In this document: piece by piece, positions 8,605-17,644 of the stretch
How the letters are laid out: each line of letters starts with the position of its first letter
How positions within the stretch are numbered: position 1 is the first letter of the stretch
Assembly: GCA_964354545.1 (NCBI GenBank)
Contig: CAYHAE010000002.1
Location: 3,847 to 67,846 of the forward strand
From: an uncultured Planctomycetia bacterium
GTDB lineage: Bacteria > Omnitrophota > Gorgyraeia > 2-01-FULL-45-10 > JAHFGN01
Direction of reading: 5' to 3'
Length of the DNA: 64,000 nucleotides
Translations under genes and position numbers: made by a program
The notes under the pieces: model-generated
Told to the model about the DNA's origin: nothing
Database searches by the model: none
What the model saw: only the letters and a program-made list of their open reading frames with translations

Positions 8605-9722
8605 GAACGAAGAGACTTCTCCTCATGTACATCTCGGAAGATTCCGGCCACCATTGCGCGAGCATGGCGGTCGAGAAGGCCCTCCACGAAATCTCCCCGC
8701 GCGTGGAGACGCTCAGCATCAACGCGTTCAACTATACAAACCCGATCCTGGAAAAAGTGATAAGCAAGGCATATCTCGGCGTCGTGAAGCGCGCGCCGGA
8801 ACTGTGGGACTATCTGTACGATAACCCAAAGGTGGTAGAGAAGACGCGGAGGCTGCGCGAACTGATCCACAATGTGAATTCCCCAAAGCTGAGGACCTTG
8901 CTCGATGAGTTCAAGCCCGACGCCGTCATCTGCACGCAGGCATTTCCATGCGGCATGATCGCCGACTGCAAGCGGACGAACCGTCTCACGCTGCCGCTCG
9001 TCGGTGTGTTGACGGATTACGCCCCCCACGCATACTGGCTGTACGACAACGTGGACTATTACATTGTTCCGTCGGAAGAGGTGGGGAGGAGGTTCGTCTC
9101 AAACGGCGTGAGCGCGGAGAGGGTAAAGCCGCTGGGCATCCCGATAGATCCAAAATTCAAAGAGCCGGTCGAACGGGACGCCGTCAAAAAAAAGCTGGGG
9201 TTGGACGGTAAGATCCCTATCGTTCTCATTATGGGAGGGACCCAGGGGCTTGGCCCTATCCGAGAGCTCGCCGCCGCTTTGGATGCGTCACCGCTCGCCA
9301 TTCAGCAGGTCATCGTGTGCGGCACCAATAAGAGGATGTATCGGCGCTTATCCAAAAAAAGGGCTACGTTCAAGAAGAGGACGATCGTGTACGGGTTTAC
9401 GTCCACCATTAACGAGTTGATGGCCATCGCATCGGTCATCGTGTCAAAGCCGGGCGGCATGACAACCGCGGAAGCACAGTCGCAGGGTCTTCCGATGGTG
9501 CTGCTTCGGCCTCTGCCGGGGCAGGAAGCGCTCAATACCGCCTTCCTGCTGCGCGAGGGTGTTGCGGTGAAGGTGCACGATACGCAACATTGCGTCGCGA
9601 TGCTAAGAGACCTATTAGAGAATGAGGATGCGTTGCGTTCGATGAGGCAGAACGCCAAACGGTGTTCAAAACCCGATAGCGGACACGACATCGCACATCT
9701 TCTATTGGAGCTTGCGGGATGA
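8601..9722 (+). CDS. GT28-family glycosyltransferase, monogalactosyl/glucosyl-diacylglycerol synthase-like
   Basis: 373 aa. N-terminal MGDG-synthase-like region (ISEDSGHHCASMAVEKAL...FKPDAVICTQAFPCGM) and C-terminal UDP-sugar-binding GGTQGLG. Confidence 0.7.
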   Translation: MRTKRLLLMYISEDSGHHCASMAVEKALHEISPRVETLSINAFNYTNPILEKVISKAYLGVVKRAPELWDYLYDNPKVVEKTRRLRELIHNVNSPKLRTLLDEFKPDAVICTQAFPCGMIADCKRTNRLTLPLVGVLTDYAPHAYWLYDNVDYYIVPSEEVGRRFVSNGVSAERVKPLGIPIDPKFKEPVERDAVKKKLGLDGKIPIVLIMGGTQGLGPIRELAAALDASPLAIQQVIVCGTNKRMYRRLSKKRATFKKRTIVYGFTSTINELMAIASVIVSKPGGMTTAEAQSQGLPMVLLRPLPGQEALNTAFLLREGVAVKVHDTQHCVAMLRDLLENEDALRSMRQNAKRCSKPDSGHDIAHLLLELAG

Positions 9723-10609
9723 TACTCCCTGTCCTCTACAGGATCGGTCACTATATTGCGCGTGTATTGCCGCGGAAGATCGTCTATTGCCTCTCTGACA
9801 TCATCGCTGACATCTACTGCTTCTTGTCGAAGAACGATAAGCGGTGCATCATCTCCAATCTGAAGGCCATCGTTTCTCAGGACCCTTCGGAGAAGGAATG
9901 CGAGCGGTTGGCGGGGCGGGTGTTCAGGAATTTCGCGCGATATTTAGCCGACTTTTTCCAACTATCGAAGCTTGACGGGGAGTTTATAAAAAGGTGCGTG
10001 AAGGTCGAGGGTGAGGAGAATGTAAGGAAGGCGCATGCCGCAGGCAAGGGCGTCATTATACTATCAGCGCATATCGGGAATTGGGAGCTTGGCGGCGTTG
10101 TCATGTCGCTCATCGGATATCCGCTTAATGTGGTCGCGCTCACCCATCAGAATCAGGAGGTCAACAACTTCTTCTTGCGGCAGCGCGCTTTCGGCAAAGT
10201 GGAGGTGATACCGATAGGACCGGGCCTCAAGAAGTGTTTTTCCGTGCTGAGGCACAATGGTTTCCTCGCGCTCCTGGGTGACAGGGACTTCTCGGACCGG
10301 GGGATACGGATGGACTTTTTCGGCCACCCTGCGAAGATACCCACAGGCCCTGCGGCATTAAGCGTGAGGACCGGCGCAATGATCGTGCCAACGTTCATGA
10401 TACGGCAGGAGGACGATACGTTCACGCTCACCTTTGAGGAGTCCCTCACCCCTCGTGCGGCAGGGACGAAGGAAGAACGAGAGAGGGACCTCATGGTACG
10501 ATACCTCGCCGTCATAGAAGGATACGTAAGGAAGTACCCTACGCAATGGTTCATGTTCCAAGAGGTGTGGAATGACAAAGCGAATAGCGGTCCTTATACC
10601 GTCATATAA
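9719..10609 (+). CDS. lysophospholipid acyltransferase, LpxL/HtrB (lipid A biosynthesis acyltransferase) family
   Basis: 296 aa. HIGNWELGG catalytic HX4D-like motif region, PF03279-like overall. Confidence 0.7.
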   Translation: MILPVLYRIGHYIARVLPRKIVYCLSDIIADIYCFLSKNDKRCIISNLKAIVSQDPSEKECERLAGRVFRNFARYLADFFQLSKLDGEFIKRCVKVEGEENVRKAHAAGKGVIILSAHIGNWELGGVVMSLIGYPLNVVALTHQNQEVNNFFLRQRAFGKVEVIPIGPGLKKCFSVLRHNGFLALLGDRDFSDRGIRMDFFGHPAKIPTGPAALSVRTGAMIVPTFMIRQEDDTFTLTFEESLTPRAAGTKEERERDLMVRYLAVIEGYVRKYPTQWFMFQEVWNDKANSGPYTVI

Positions 10610-11249
10610 CGAAGGGAAGACGATAGGCACAATCGTCGAGGCCGTGAGGGAGCGGGGTTTGATCGCATACGTCGTCGATGACGGATCGAGGGACGATACG
10701 GCGCGGGAAGCAGCGTCGCACGGGGCGACCGTGCTCTCCCACGAGGTCAATCAGGGCAAGGGCGCTTCATTGCGAGACGGTTTTTTCAGGATCGTAAAGG
10801 ACGGGTACGACTATGTCCTCGTGATGGACGGAGACGGGCAGCATCGGACTGAGGATATCGACCGGTTGATCCGGAAGATGGAGGAGGCGGACGCAGGGAT
10901 GGTGGTGGGGAACAGGATGGGTGATCCGAAGTCCATGCCGCGCGTGAGGGTTGTCGTCAATCATTTTATGTCGTCTCTCATATCCGTATTGTCGGGGCAG
11001 AATATCCCTGATACGCAGTGCGGTTTCAGGCTGATAAAGACCACGCTCCTTGAGAGCGTCGCACTCCATTCATCGCACTATGAGACCGAGTCCGAGATCC
11101 TGATCAAGGCGGCGAGGAAAGGCTGGAAGATCGAGTCGGTTCCGATCACGACCGTTTACCGGAAAGAGACGAGCCGGATCAGGCCGGTACGGGACACGCT
11201 GCGGTTTCTCGCGCTCGTGGCGCGTCTGGTCTTCCGCGAAAGGGATTGA
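10572..11249 (+). CDS. GT2-family glycosyltransferase (polyprenol-phosphate glycosyltransferase-like)
   Basis: 225 aa. IPSYNEG...VVDDGSRDDT...DGDGQH DXD-type motifs. Confidence 0.75.
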   Translation: MTKRIAVLIPSYNEGKTIGTIVEAVRERGLIAYVVDDGSRDDTAREAASHGATVLSHEVNQGKGASLRDGFFRIVKDGYDYVLVMDGDGQHRTEDIDRLIRKMEEADAGMVVGNRMGDPKSMPRVRVVVNHFMSSLISVLSGQNIPDTQCGFRLIKTTLLESVALHSSHYETESEILIKAARKGWKIESVPITTVYRKETSRIRPVRDTLRFLALVARLVFRERD

Positions 11250-11893
11250 GCATGGACCATGAGGTGCAGAGAAGGCGGATGGTTGAAGAGCAGATCGTGT
11301 CTCGAGGGATCGCGGACGAGCAGGTCATCGTCGCGTTCAGGAGGGTCTCCAGGCACGAATTCGTGCCCCCCGCACTCGTCGAGTATGCATACGACGATCA
11401 CCCTTTGTCGATAGGGGAGGGGCAGACGATATCCCAGCCATACATGGTGGCCCTCATGACTGCGTGTCTGCAATTGAAAGGAGCGGAAAAGGTCCTCGAG
11501 ATAGGCACCGGGAGCGGCTATCAGCTCGCGATACTTGCAGAGATCGTGAAAGAGGCCTATTCCGTCGAAAGGATAGAATCTCTCGCCCGTCGTGCGGAGG
11601 CCGTGCTTCAGCGCCTTGGATACGTGAATTTTAAAATAAAGGTCGGCGACGGAACGCTCGGATGGGAAGAGCATAGTCCTTATGATTGTATTATCGTGAC
11701 CGCGGCCTCGCCCCAGATCCCGCAGAGCCTCGTGCGGCAGCTGAAGGACGGCGGCAGGCTGGTGATACCCGTGGGAGGGGCTTTCGGTCAAGTGTTGACG
11801 GTCGTGGCGAGGAAAGGAAAAGACGTTTCCCTGGAAGAGGTGTGCGGGTGCGTCTTTGTCCCGCTCGTTGGTAAGGAGGGGTGGCACGCATAG
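11246..11893 (+). CDS. pcm: protein-L-isoaspartate O-methyltransferase
   Basis: 215 aa. QTISQPYMVALM and VLEIGTGSGYQ SAM-binding motifs. Confidence 0.85.
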   Translation: MSMDHEVQRRRMVEEQIVSRGIADEQVIVAFRRVSRHEFVPPALVEYAYDDHPLSIGEGQTISQPYMVALMTACLQLKGAEKVLEIGTGSGYQLAILAEIVKEAYSVERIESLARRAEAVLQRLGYVNFKIKVGDGTLGWEEHSPYDCIIVTAASPQIPQSLVRQLKDGGRLVIPVGGAFGQVLTVVARKGKDVSLEEVCGCVFVPLVGKEGWHA

Positions 11894-11896
11894 CCT

Positions 11897-12400
11897 ATGT
11901 TAGAGGCACTGCTTACAGCGCTCAATGGTAGTCCCCGGGAGCTCATCACGCTCATCGTCGCGGCCCTCCCCCTCGCGGAACTGAGGGGGTCGATACCGCT
12001 CGCCCTCGCGATGAAGATGAGCCCGGTGAACGCCTTTGTGTGGTCTATCATCGGGAACTCTCTCATCATCGCGCCGACGCTTTTCTTGCTCGAGCCCGTC
12101 TCGAACGCCCTGAGGCGATTCGTGCTGTGGAGGAAATTCTTCGACTGGCTGTTCGAGAGGACGAAGAAGAAGGCCGACGTCATTCAAAAGTACGAGGCGC
12201 TGGGGCTCATGATCTTCGTCGCGATCCCGCTCCCGATGACGGGGGCGTGGTCGGGGTGCGTTGCCGCGTCGCTCTTCAAGATCAAGTTTCGGTACGCGTT
12301 CGCTGCGATATTCTTGGGCGTCGTGCTCGCCGGAGCGATCGTCATGGCAGTGTGCCTCTTTGGAATAGGGGCGCTGAAGATCTTCCTCGCCTATCGATAG
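11897..12400 (+). CDS. small multidrug-export-like integral membrane protein (Sm_multidrug_ex-like)
   Basis: 167 aa, four predicted TM helices. LAELRGSIPLALAM motif. Confidence 0.5.
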   Translation: MLEALLTALNGSPRELITLIVAALPLAELRGSIPLALAMKMSPVNAFVWSIIGNSLIIAPTLFLLEPVSNALRRFVLWRKFFDWLFERTKKKADVIQKYEALGLMIFVAIPLPMTGAWSGCVAASLFKIKFRYAFAAIFLGVVLAGAIVMAVCLFGIGALKIFLAYR

Positions 12401-12476
12401 CGCTGGCCGCAGTCGGAATAAAAACCTTGAGCGGATACACAAGGCGTGGTAATATTAAGAAGGTGCGGTGTCGTAA

Positions 12477-13025
12477 TTGATGAGAGGTCATAGCGAGGCA
12501 CGAGGCGCCCGGGTGCGTGCGTGGGCCGTCTTCGCTGCCTCCGTATTGAGTGTGGCCGCAGTAGCGGGCTGTGCGACAGTGCCCCGCCAGCCTCCTGCAG
12601 GGAGAGAGGTCATCCAGGAGCATGGGACCGGTCCCGGCTCCGCAAGAACGGCCTTCTTCGTGTGGCCCGTGCAGGGCAGGGTGAGCTCGTACTTTGGCGA
12701 GGAGGCCGACGGGATAAGGAACAAGGGCCTCGACATCGCCTCCGAGGACCGTTCCTTTGTCCGTGCGGCGCAAGACGGGATTGTCGTCTTCTCGAGCCCG
12801 AGCCTGAGGGGTTTCGGGAGGACCGTCATCATCGAGCACGATGGCGGCTTCGAAACCGTGTACGCGTATAACTCAGAGCTCCTCGCAAAGACCGGCGACG
12901 TTGTAAAACAGAACGATTGTATTGCGAGGGTGGGCACGAGCGGCAGGGCCCGTCAACCAACGCTCCATTTTGAGATACGAAAAGACGGGCGGCCGAGGGA
13001 TCCCTTAGAGTTCCTGTCGTCCTAG
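12477..13025 (+). CDS. M23-family peptidase lipoprotein (NlpD-like)
   Basis: 182 aa. Signal peptide with lipobox VAGCAT. M23 motifs GIDIA...HFEIR. Confidence 0.75.
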   Translation: MMRGHSEARGARVRAWAVFAASVLSVAAVAGCATVPRQPPAGREVIQEHGTGPGSARTAFFVWPVQGRVSSYFGEEADGIRNKGLDIASEDRSFVRAAQDGIVVFSSPSLRGFGRTVIIEHDGGFETVYAYNSELLAKTGDVVKQNDCIARVGTSGRARQPTLHFEIRKDGRPRDPLEFLSS

Positions 13026-13059
13026 GCGTTTCTCACCACGCAGGGAGTACTCACGCGCT

Positions 13060-14691
13060 ATGCTGAGCGAACCAGTTGTAGGCAAGAATTTTTTTGGCAG
13101 GGAAGAGATACTGAGCCTTCTCGATAAGCGCACGAAGGCCATGGAAGAGGGCTACCGTCAGAACGTGGCCATCACCGGGCAGAGCCTGGCAGGCAAGTCG
13201 TCGCTCTTGCAGCATTTCCTTTATAACTCCCTGCGCGACACGTTCCTGCCCATCTACGTTGAGGTATTCAAAGAGGATTTCCCCTCGTTCGCGAATAAAT
13301 TCATCGCGACCCTGCTCTATAATTCGCTGAAGGCAAAAGAGGAACCGGCGTGCGAAGGCATCGGCGAGCTCCTCAGCAAGGCGGAGAGGTTCTTCCCGAA
13401 GACGGCCCATGCTGCCAAGGAGGTCCTGGCCCTGATCGAGAAGAGCCAGCTCGACGAGGCGTACGTCAACCTCTTGGGGCTCACGTCTGTGGCGAAGGAA
13501 GAGACCTCGAAGTCGTGCATCGTCATCCTCGACGAGTTCGATAACATTTCGTACTTCAGGATAAAGAATCCCTTCCTCCAATTCGGGAAGGTGATCATGG
13601 TGCAGAAAGATACCATGTACATCATATCGAGTTCCCGAAACTCGGCCGTGAAGAAAATACTCCAGGAGAAGCTGTCGCTCCTCTTCGGGAATTTCGAAAC
13701 GGTCGAAGTCCGCGGGTTCGACGCGAGGACCTCCGCCGCCTTTCTCTCGAAAAAGGCGAACCCGTTTTCGGCGGATGAAGACGTCACAAGATTTCTCACG
13801 TACTTTACGGGAGGAAACCCTTTCTATATCGAACAGATCGTGCGTGAGGCAAAGAATATCATGCGGGAGAAATCGCGCACGCAGATCGACCTCGAATCGA
13901 TCGAAGAGGCGATATTGAACCTCGTGTACGCATCGAACGGCACCGTGCATCAATACCTCAACAGCCTTCTCCTCGAACTCCTGGACACGAAATCCCGCGA
14001 GGCCCTTCTCAAGATATTATGCTCGATCGCATGCGGAAGCATAAAACAGAGGGCCATCGCGCGAGACTTGAGGAGGAGTTACAGCGATGTCTCGCACTGC
14101 CTCTCTTTGCTGATAGACCTGGGGCTCGTGTCGAAGAACGGTGTCTTCTATATGGTCTCCGACAGCATGCTCAGCTTCTGGCTCGAACACGTCCACGTCA
14201 AGCGGCAGCAGATGCTCGTCAATTACATCGTGGACAAGACGCGGGTCTACAGGGAGGATATCCATGCGTACGTCTCCGACTTCTTACAGGAATCGAAGAA
14301 GAGCGTTCTCGAGAGGGCCTACGAGCTCTTCCATCTCTTCGCAAACGACATCGTCGAAATAGAGGATAAGAAACTTCTGCTGCCACAGTGCGACAAGGTC
14401 GAGATCAAGACCTTCGACGATATAACGCCCTATATTGTGGCGTCTTCCAAGAAGGCCCAGTGGATATGCCAGATATTTGAGCACACCCTGGGAGACCTCC
14501 AGATATCCGAATTCGTAAAGAACCTCACGTCTCTCGAACATAAAGTGGCACGGAAGATCGTGGTTCCCGTTTACGGCGTGGAGGAAAACACGAGGCTCCT
14601 GGCCAAGGAATTGAGGATACTCACATGGGATCTGGAGACGATGAACATGCTCCTTCGTCTTTACAACAGAAAGGGCATTGTCGTTCGGTAG
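13060..14691 (+). CDS. AAA+ ATPase of the archaeal-type ATPase family (PF01637-like) with C-terminal wHTH (DUF234-like)
   Basis: 543 aa. Walker A GQSLAGKSSL, Walker B IVILDEFD. C-terminal region ARDLRRSYSDVSHCLSLLIDLGLV. Confidence 0.6.
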   Translation: MLSEPVVGKNFFGREEILSLLDKRTKAMEEGYRQNVAITGQSLAGKSSLLQHFLYNSLRDTFLPIYVEVFKEDFPSFANKFIATLLYNSLKAKEEPACEGIGELLSKAERFFPKTAHAAKEVLALIEKSQLDEAYVNLLGLTSVAKEETSKSCIVILDEFDNISYFRIKNPFLQFGKVIMVQKDTMYIISSSRNSAVKKILQEKLSLLFGNFETVEVRGFDARTSAAFLSKKANPFSADEDVTRFLTYFTGGNPFYIEQIVREAKNIMREKSRTQIDLESIEEAILNLVYASNGTVHQYLNSLLLELLDTKSREALLKILCSIACGSIKQRAIARDLRRSYSDVSHCLSLLIDLGLVSKNGVFYMVSDSMLSFWLEHVHVKRQQMLVNYIVDKTRVYREDIHAYVSDFLQESKKSVLERAYELFHLFANDIVEIEDKKLLLPQCDKVEIKTFDDITPYIVASSKKAQWICQIFEHTLGDLQISEFVKNLTSLEHKVARKIVVPVYGVEENTRLLAKELRILTWDLETMNMLLRLYNRKGIVVR

Positions 14692-14696
14692 GGCTT

Positions 14697-15179
14697 ATGA
14701 AGATACTTGTATTATCGGACACTCATATACCAAGGGCTGCGGGAGACCTCCCTCGAGCCATCTACGACGCAATCGCGGATGTTGACCTCGTGCTCCACGC
14801 AGGGGATTTTGTCGAGATCGAGCTGTGGGAGAAGCTGAAGAAGATGAAAGAGCTCGTGGCCGTACATGGCAATATGGATTCGAAAGAGCTGCGGGATATC
14901 CTCAAGGCAAAGGAGGTGGTGAGCGTCGGCGCTTTTAAGATCGGCCTCATCCACGGTTATGGCGCCCCGGTGAATTTGCAGAAGGTGGTGCGTTCCGAAT
15001 TCGGCAACGTTGATGCGATAGTATTTGGGCACTCGCACGCGCCCTCCACTACCGTTGATAACGGTATCCTCTTTTTTAACCCCGGATCGCCGACCGACAG
15101 GGTGTTCGCTCCCTACAACTCGTACGGCGTGCTCACCGTCACAGAGGACGGAATACGCGGAGAAATCGTAAAAGTATGA
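14697..15179 (+). CDS. metallophosphoesterase, YfcE/MJ0936 family
   Basis: 160 aa. MKILVLSDTH...HAGD...GNMD...GHSH motifs. Start is 5 nt after the ATPase stop. Confidence 0.8.
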   Translation: MKILVLSDTHIPRAAGDLPRAIYDAIADVDLVLHAGDFVEIELWEKLKKMKELVAVHGNMDSKELRDILKAKEVVSVGAFKIGLIHGYGAPVNLQKVVRSEFGNVDAIVFGHSHAPSTTVDNGILFFNPGSPTDRVFAPYNSYGVLTVTEDGIRGEIVKV

Positions 15180-16000
15180 TCTCTCAGATACCCGTCATCA
15201 TGGTCGAAGGGAAGACCCTGCCCGAGGTGTGGGAAAGAGCGGTCCTCGACACGTGGGAGAAGGGGATCGCGATAAGGACCGAGTATGACAAGCCCGAGGA
15301 CCCCGCGAGCAGAGACTGCACGATGGTCATGGTCATCGATGGGCCTATGTCGGAGCCGCGCATCCACAGGGCCTTTCCCGGAAGCCTCGAGGACCTCGAG
15401 GTATACAGGCAGGAGGTCGTCGACGGCATACACGACCAATGGATAAACCCGGACGAAGGCAAGTGGACGTATACGTACCACCAGAGGATCTTCAATTATC
15501 CGGCGGGCAAGAGCGCGGTGGATCAGATCGGCTCGATGGTCGATAAGCTCGCGTCGGTCCCGCACACGAGGAGGGCGCAGGCGATTACCTGGGACCCGTC
15601 GCAGGACCCCGTGACGGACGACCCTCCCTGTTTACAGAGGATATGGTGCAGGCTCGTCCAGAAAGGCGCCGACCGATACTCCCTCGCGATGAATGCGCAC
15701 TGGAGGTCGAGGGACGCCTTCAAAGCAAGCTTTATGAATATGTACGCATTGACAGACCTCCAGCGCCTCATTGCGAGCCGGCTTCAGGAAAAGATGAAAA
15801 GGCCGGTTGAGGCGGGCAGATATGTCGACATAAGCGACAGCTTCCATATCTACGGCAGCTATGCCGTAGAGTTCCAGAATTTCTTGGATCTCATCAAGAA
15901 GAGGACTTTTGAAGAGAGGACGTGGGTCACAAAATTTGCCCAGCCGTTTTTCGAGGATGCAAAACGGCGGCTATTAGAGGAGAGGGCGAGGGCGCGATAG
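15176..16000 (+). CDS. divergent thymidylate synthase (ThyA) family protein (thymidylate synthase or pyrimidine hydroxymethylase-like)
   Basis: 274 aa. TRRAQAITWDP matches ThyA SRRIIMSAWNP. PPCLQRIWC matches the LPPCH catalytic Cys region. HWRSRD matches QRSxD. ATGA overlap with the upstream gene. Confidence 0.55.
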   Translation: MISQIPVIMVEGKTLPEVWERAVLDTWEKGIAIRTEYDKPEDPASRDCTMVMVIDGPMSEPRIHRAFPGSLEDLEVYRQEVVDGIHDQWINPDEGKWTYTYHQRIFNYPAGKSAVDQIGSMVDKLASVPHTRRAQAITWDPSQDPVTDDPPCLQRIWCRLVQKGADRYSLAMNAHWRSRDAFKASFMNMYALTDLQRLIASRLQEKMKRPVEAGRYVDISDSFHIYGSYAVEFQNFLDLIKKRTFEERTWVTKFAQPFFEDAKRRLLEERARAR

Positions 16001-16005
16001 GTCCG

Positions 16006-16476
16006 ATGGATACCCTGTGGGCTCCATGGCGGGGCAGCTATATACGCATGAAGAAAAGTTCTCGCTGCATATTTTGCATTGGGAGATCCCCGAAGGCCGA
16101 CGCGAAGAGGTACATCATCTCGCGGAGCGCACACGCCTTTTCGCTTTTGAATAGGTATCCCTACAATAGCGGACATGTCATGATAGCCCCGTACAGACAC
16201 GAGAAGGACATTTCCCGTCTGGAAGGCGCGGAGCTGACGGATATGATCGAGCTTCTTATCGAGACGAAAAAGGTCCTCGACAAAAAACTTAAGCCCCACG
16301 GATACAATGTAGGCATCAACCTCGGCACAATGGCAGGCGCCGGTTTCGATGCGCACGTCCATATCCACATAGTCCCGCGCTGGAAAGGCGATACGAACTT
16401 CATGCCCGTCACCGCACGGTCCAGGGTCGTCCCCGATTCTCTCGAGGCGATGTACCGGCTCCTGAGAAAGGCCTGA
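16006..16476 (+). CDS. HIT-family nucleotide hydrolase/transferase
   Basis: 156 aa. Histidine triad HVHIHIVPR. ATG is 5 nt after the ThyA-like stop. Confidence 0.8.
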   Translation: MDTLWAPWRGSYIRMKKSSRCIFCIGRSPKADAKRYIISRSAHAFSLLNRYPYNSGHVMIAPYRHEKDISRLEGAELTDMIELLIETKKVLDKKLKPHGYNVGINLGTMAGAGFDAHVHIHIVPRWKGDTNFMPVTARSRVVPDSLEAMYRLLRKA

Positions 16477-16477
16477 G

Positions 16478-17629
16478 ATGCTCAAGAGGAGGGATCTCGA
16501 AAGAAAGGAAGAGCTTCTCGCATCTTACGCGCAGAGGTCCCGCTATTCCAAAGGCAGGGTGTACAGGGAAGAGGAGCATGGGTACCGGTCTTGTTACCAG
16601 CGTGACAGGGACCGGATCATCCATTCGACCGCCTTCCGGAGGCTGGAATACAAGACCCAGGTCTTTGTCAACCACGAAGGGGACTACTACCGGACGCGCC
16701 TCACCCATACCCTTGAGGTGACGCAGATCGCGCGGTCCATCGCGAGGTCTCTAAAGCTCAACGAGGATCTCGTCGAGGCGCTATCGCTCGCTCACGATCT
16801 CGGGCATACCCCTTTTGGCCATTCAGGTGAGGATGCGCTCAGAGAGATAATGAAAGAGCGCGGCGGTTTCGACCACAACACGCAGGGCCTGAGGGTCGTG
16901 GACTATCTGGAGGAGCGGTACCCGAACTTCCCGGGCCTCAATTTGACCTATGAGGTGAGGGAAGGGATAATCAAACACTCGACGCCCTTCGACCGCCCGC
17001 GCCCCGCCTTGCCGTTTGAATCGACGAAGTCGCCCCTTTTAGAGGTGCAGGTGGTCGACATCGCGGATGAGATCGCGTACGACAACCACGACCTCGACGA
17101 CGGCATCACGAGCGGGCTCATCGACGAATCCATGGTAAAGCCCGTGCCGCTCTGGCGGGAGGTGTCGGCAAAGGTAAAGAAGGAATTCTCCCATCTCAAG
17201 GACGAGATCAGGAAATGCCAGATCATCAGATATCTGATAAACGACCAGGTGACTGACGCCATCCTGCAGACGGAGCGGAATATCAAGACCTTCAAGATCA
17301 CCTCTTTGCAGGACGCCCTTGAGATACCCGAAAGGATCGTGAGGTTCTCCCGGGAGATGGATGAGAAAAGGCGGCCGATGAGGGATTTCCTCTCCAAGAG
17401 GCTCTACCAGCACTACAGGGTCGTCCGGATGGCAAACAAGGCATATCGGTTTATATGCGATCTCTTCAAGGTCTATGTGGACGAGCCGGAGCAGCTCCCG
17501 CCACGGACGCAGTCGAGGCTCGCAAAGGAGGATACGTATCGCGTCATCTGCGACTACATCGCAGGCATGACAGACAGGTACGCCCTCGATGAGTATAAGA
17601 AATTCTTTGAGCCCTATGCGCGCGTGTAG
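16478..17629 (+). CDS. dgt: dGTP triphosphohydrolase-like HD-domain protein
   Basis: 383 aa. SYAQRSRYSKGR...YQRDRDRIIHSTAFRRLEYKTQVF...HTLEV dGTPase N-terminal signature. HD motif LAHDLGHTPFGH. Confidence 0.85.
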   Translation: MLKRRDLERKEELLASYAQRSRYSKGRVYREEEHGYRSCYQRDRDRIIHSTAFRRLEYKTQVFVNHEGDYYRTRLTHTLEVTQIARSIARSLKLNEDLVEALSLAHDLGHTPFGHSGEDALREIMKERGGFDHNTQGLRVVDYLEERYPNFPGLNLTYEVREGIIKHSTPFDRPRPALPFESTKSPLLEVQVVDIADEIAYDNHDLDDGITSGLIDESMVKPVPLWREVSAKVKKEFSHLKDEIRKCQIIRYLINDQVTDAILQTERNIKTFKITSLQDALEIPERIVRFSREMDEKRRPMRDFLSKRLYQHYRVVRMANKAYRFICDLFKVYVDEPEQLPPRTQSRLAKEDTYRVICDYIAGMTDRYALDEYKKFFEPYARV

Positions 17630-17644
17630 TATAATGATATCCCT

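Noticed and set aside
13051-13953. 300-aa minus-strand ORF
   Set aside because: Antisense to the Arch_ATPase gene, which has Walker A/B motifs. The minus-strand frame is a low-complexity Arg/Glu-rich artefact.
16478-17629. dGTPase as a defence-island marker
   Set aside because: dGTPases are also common housekeeping enzymes. No adjacent mobile-element or phage genes and no obvious compositional shift, so I assign no defence role, only a cautious hypothesis.
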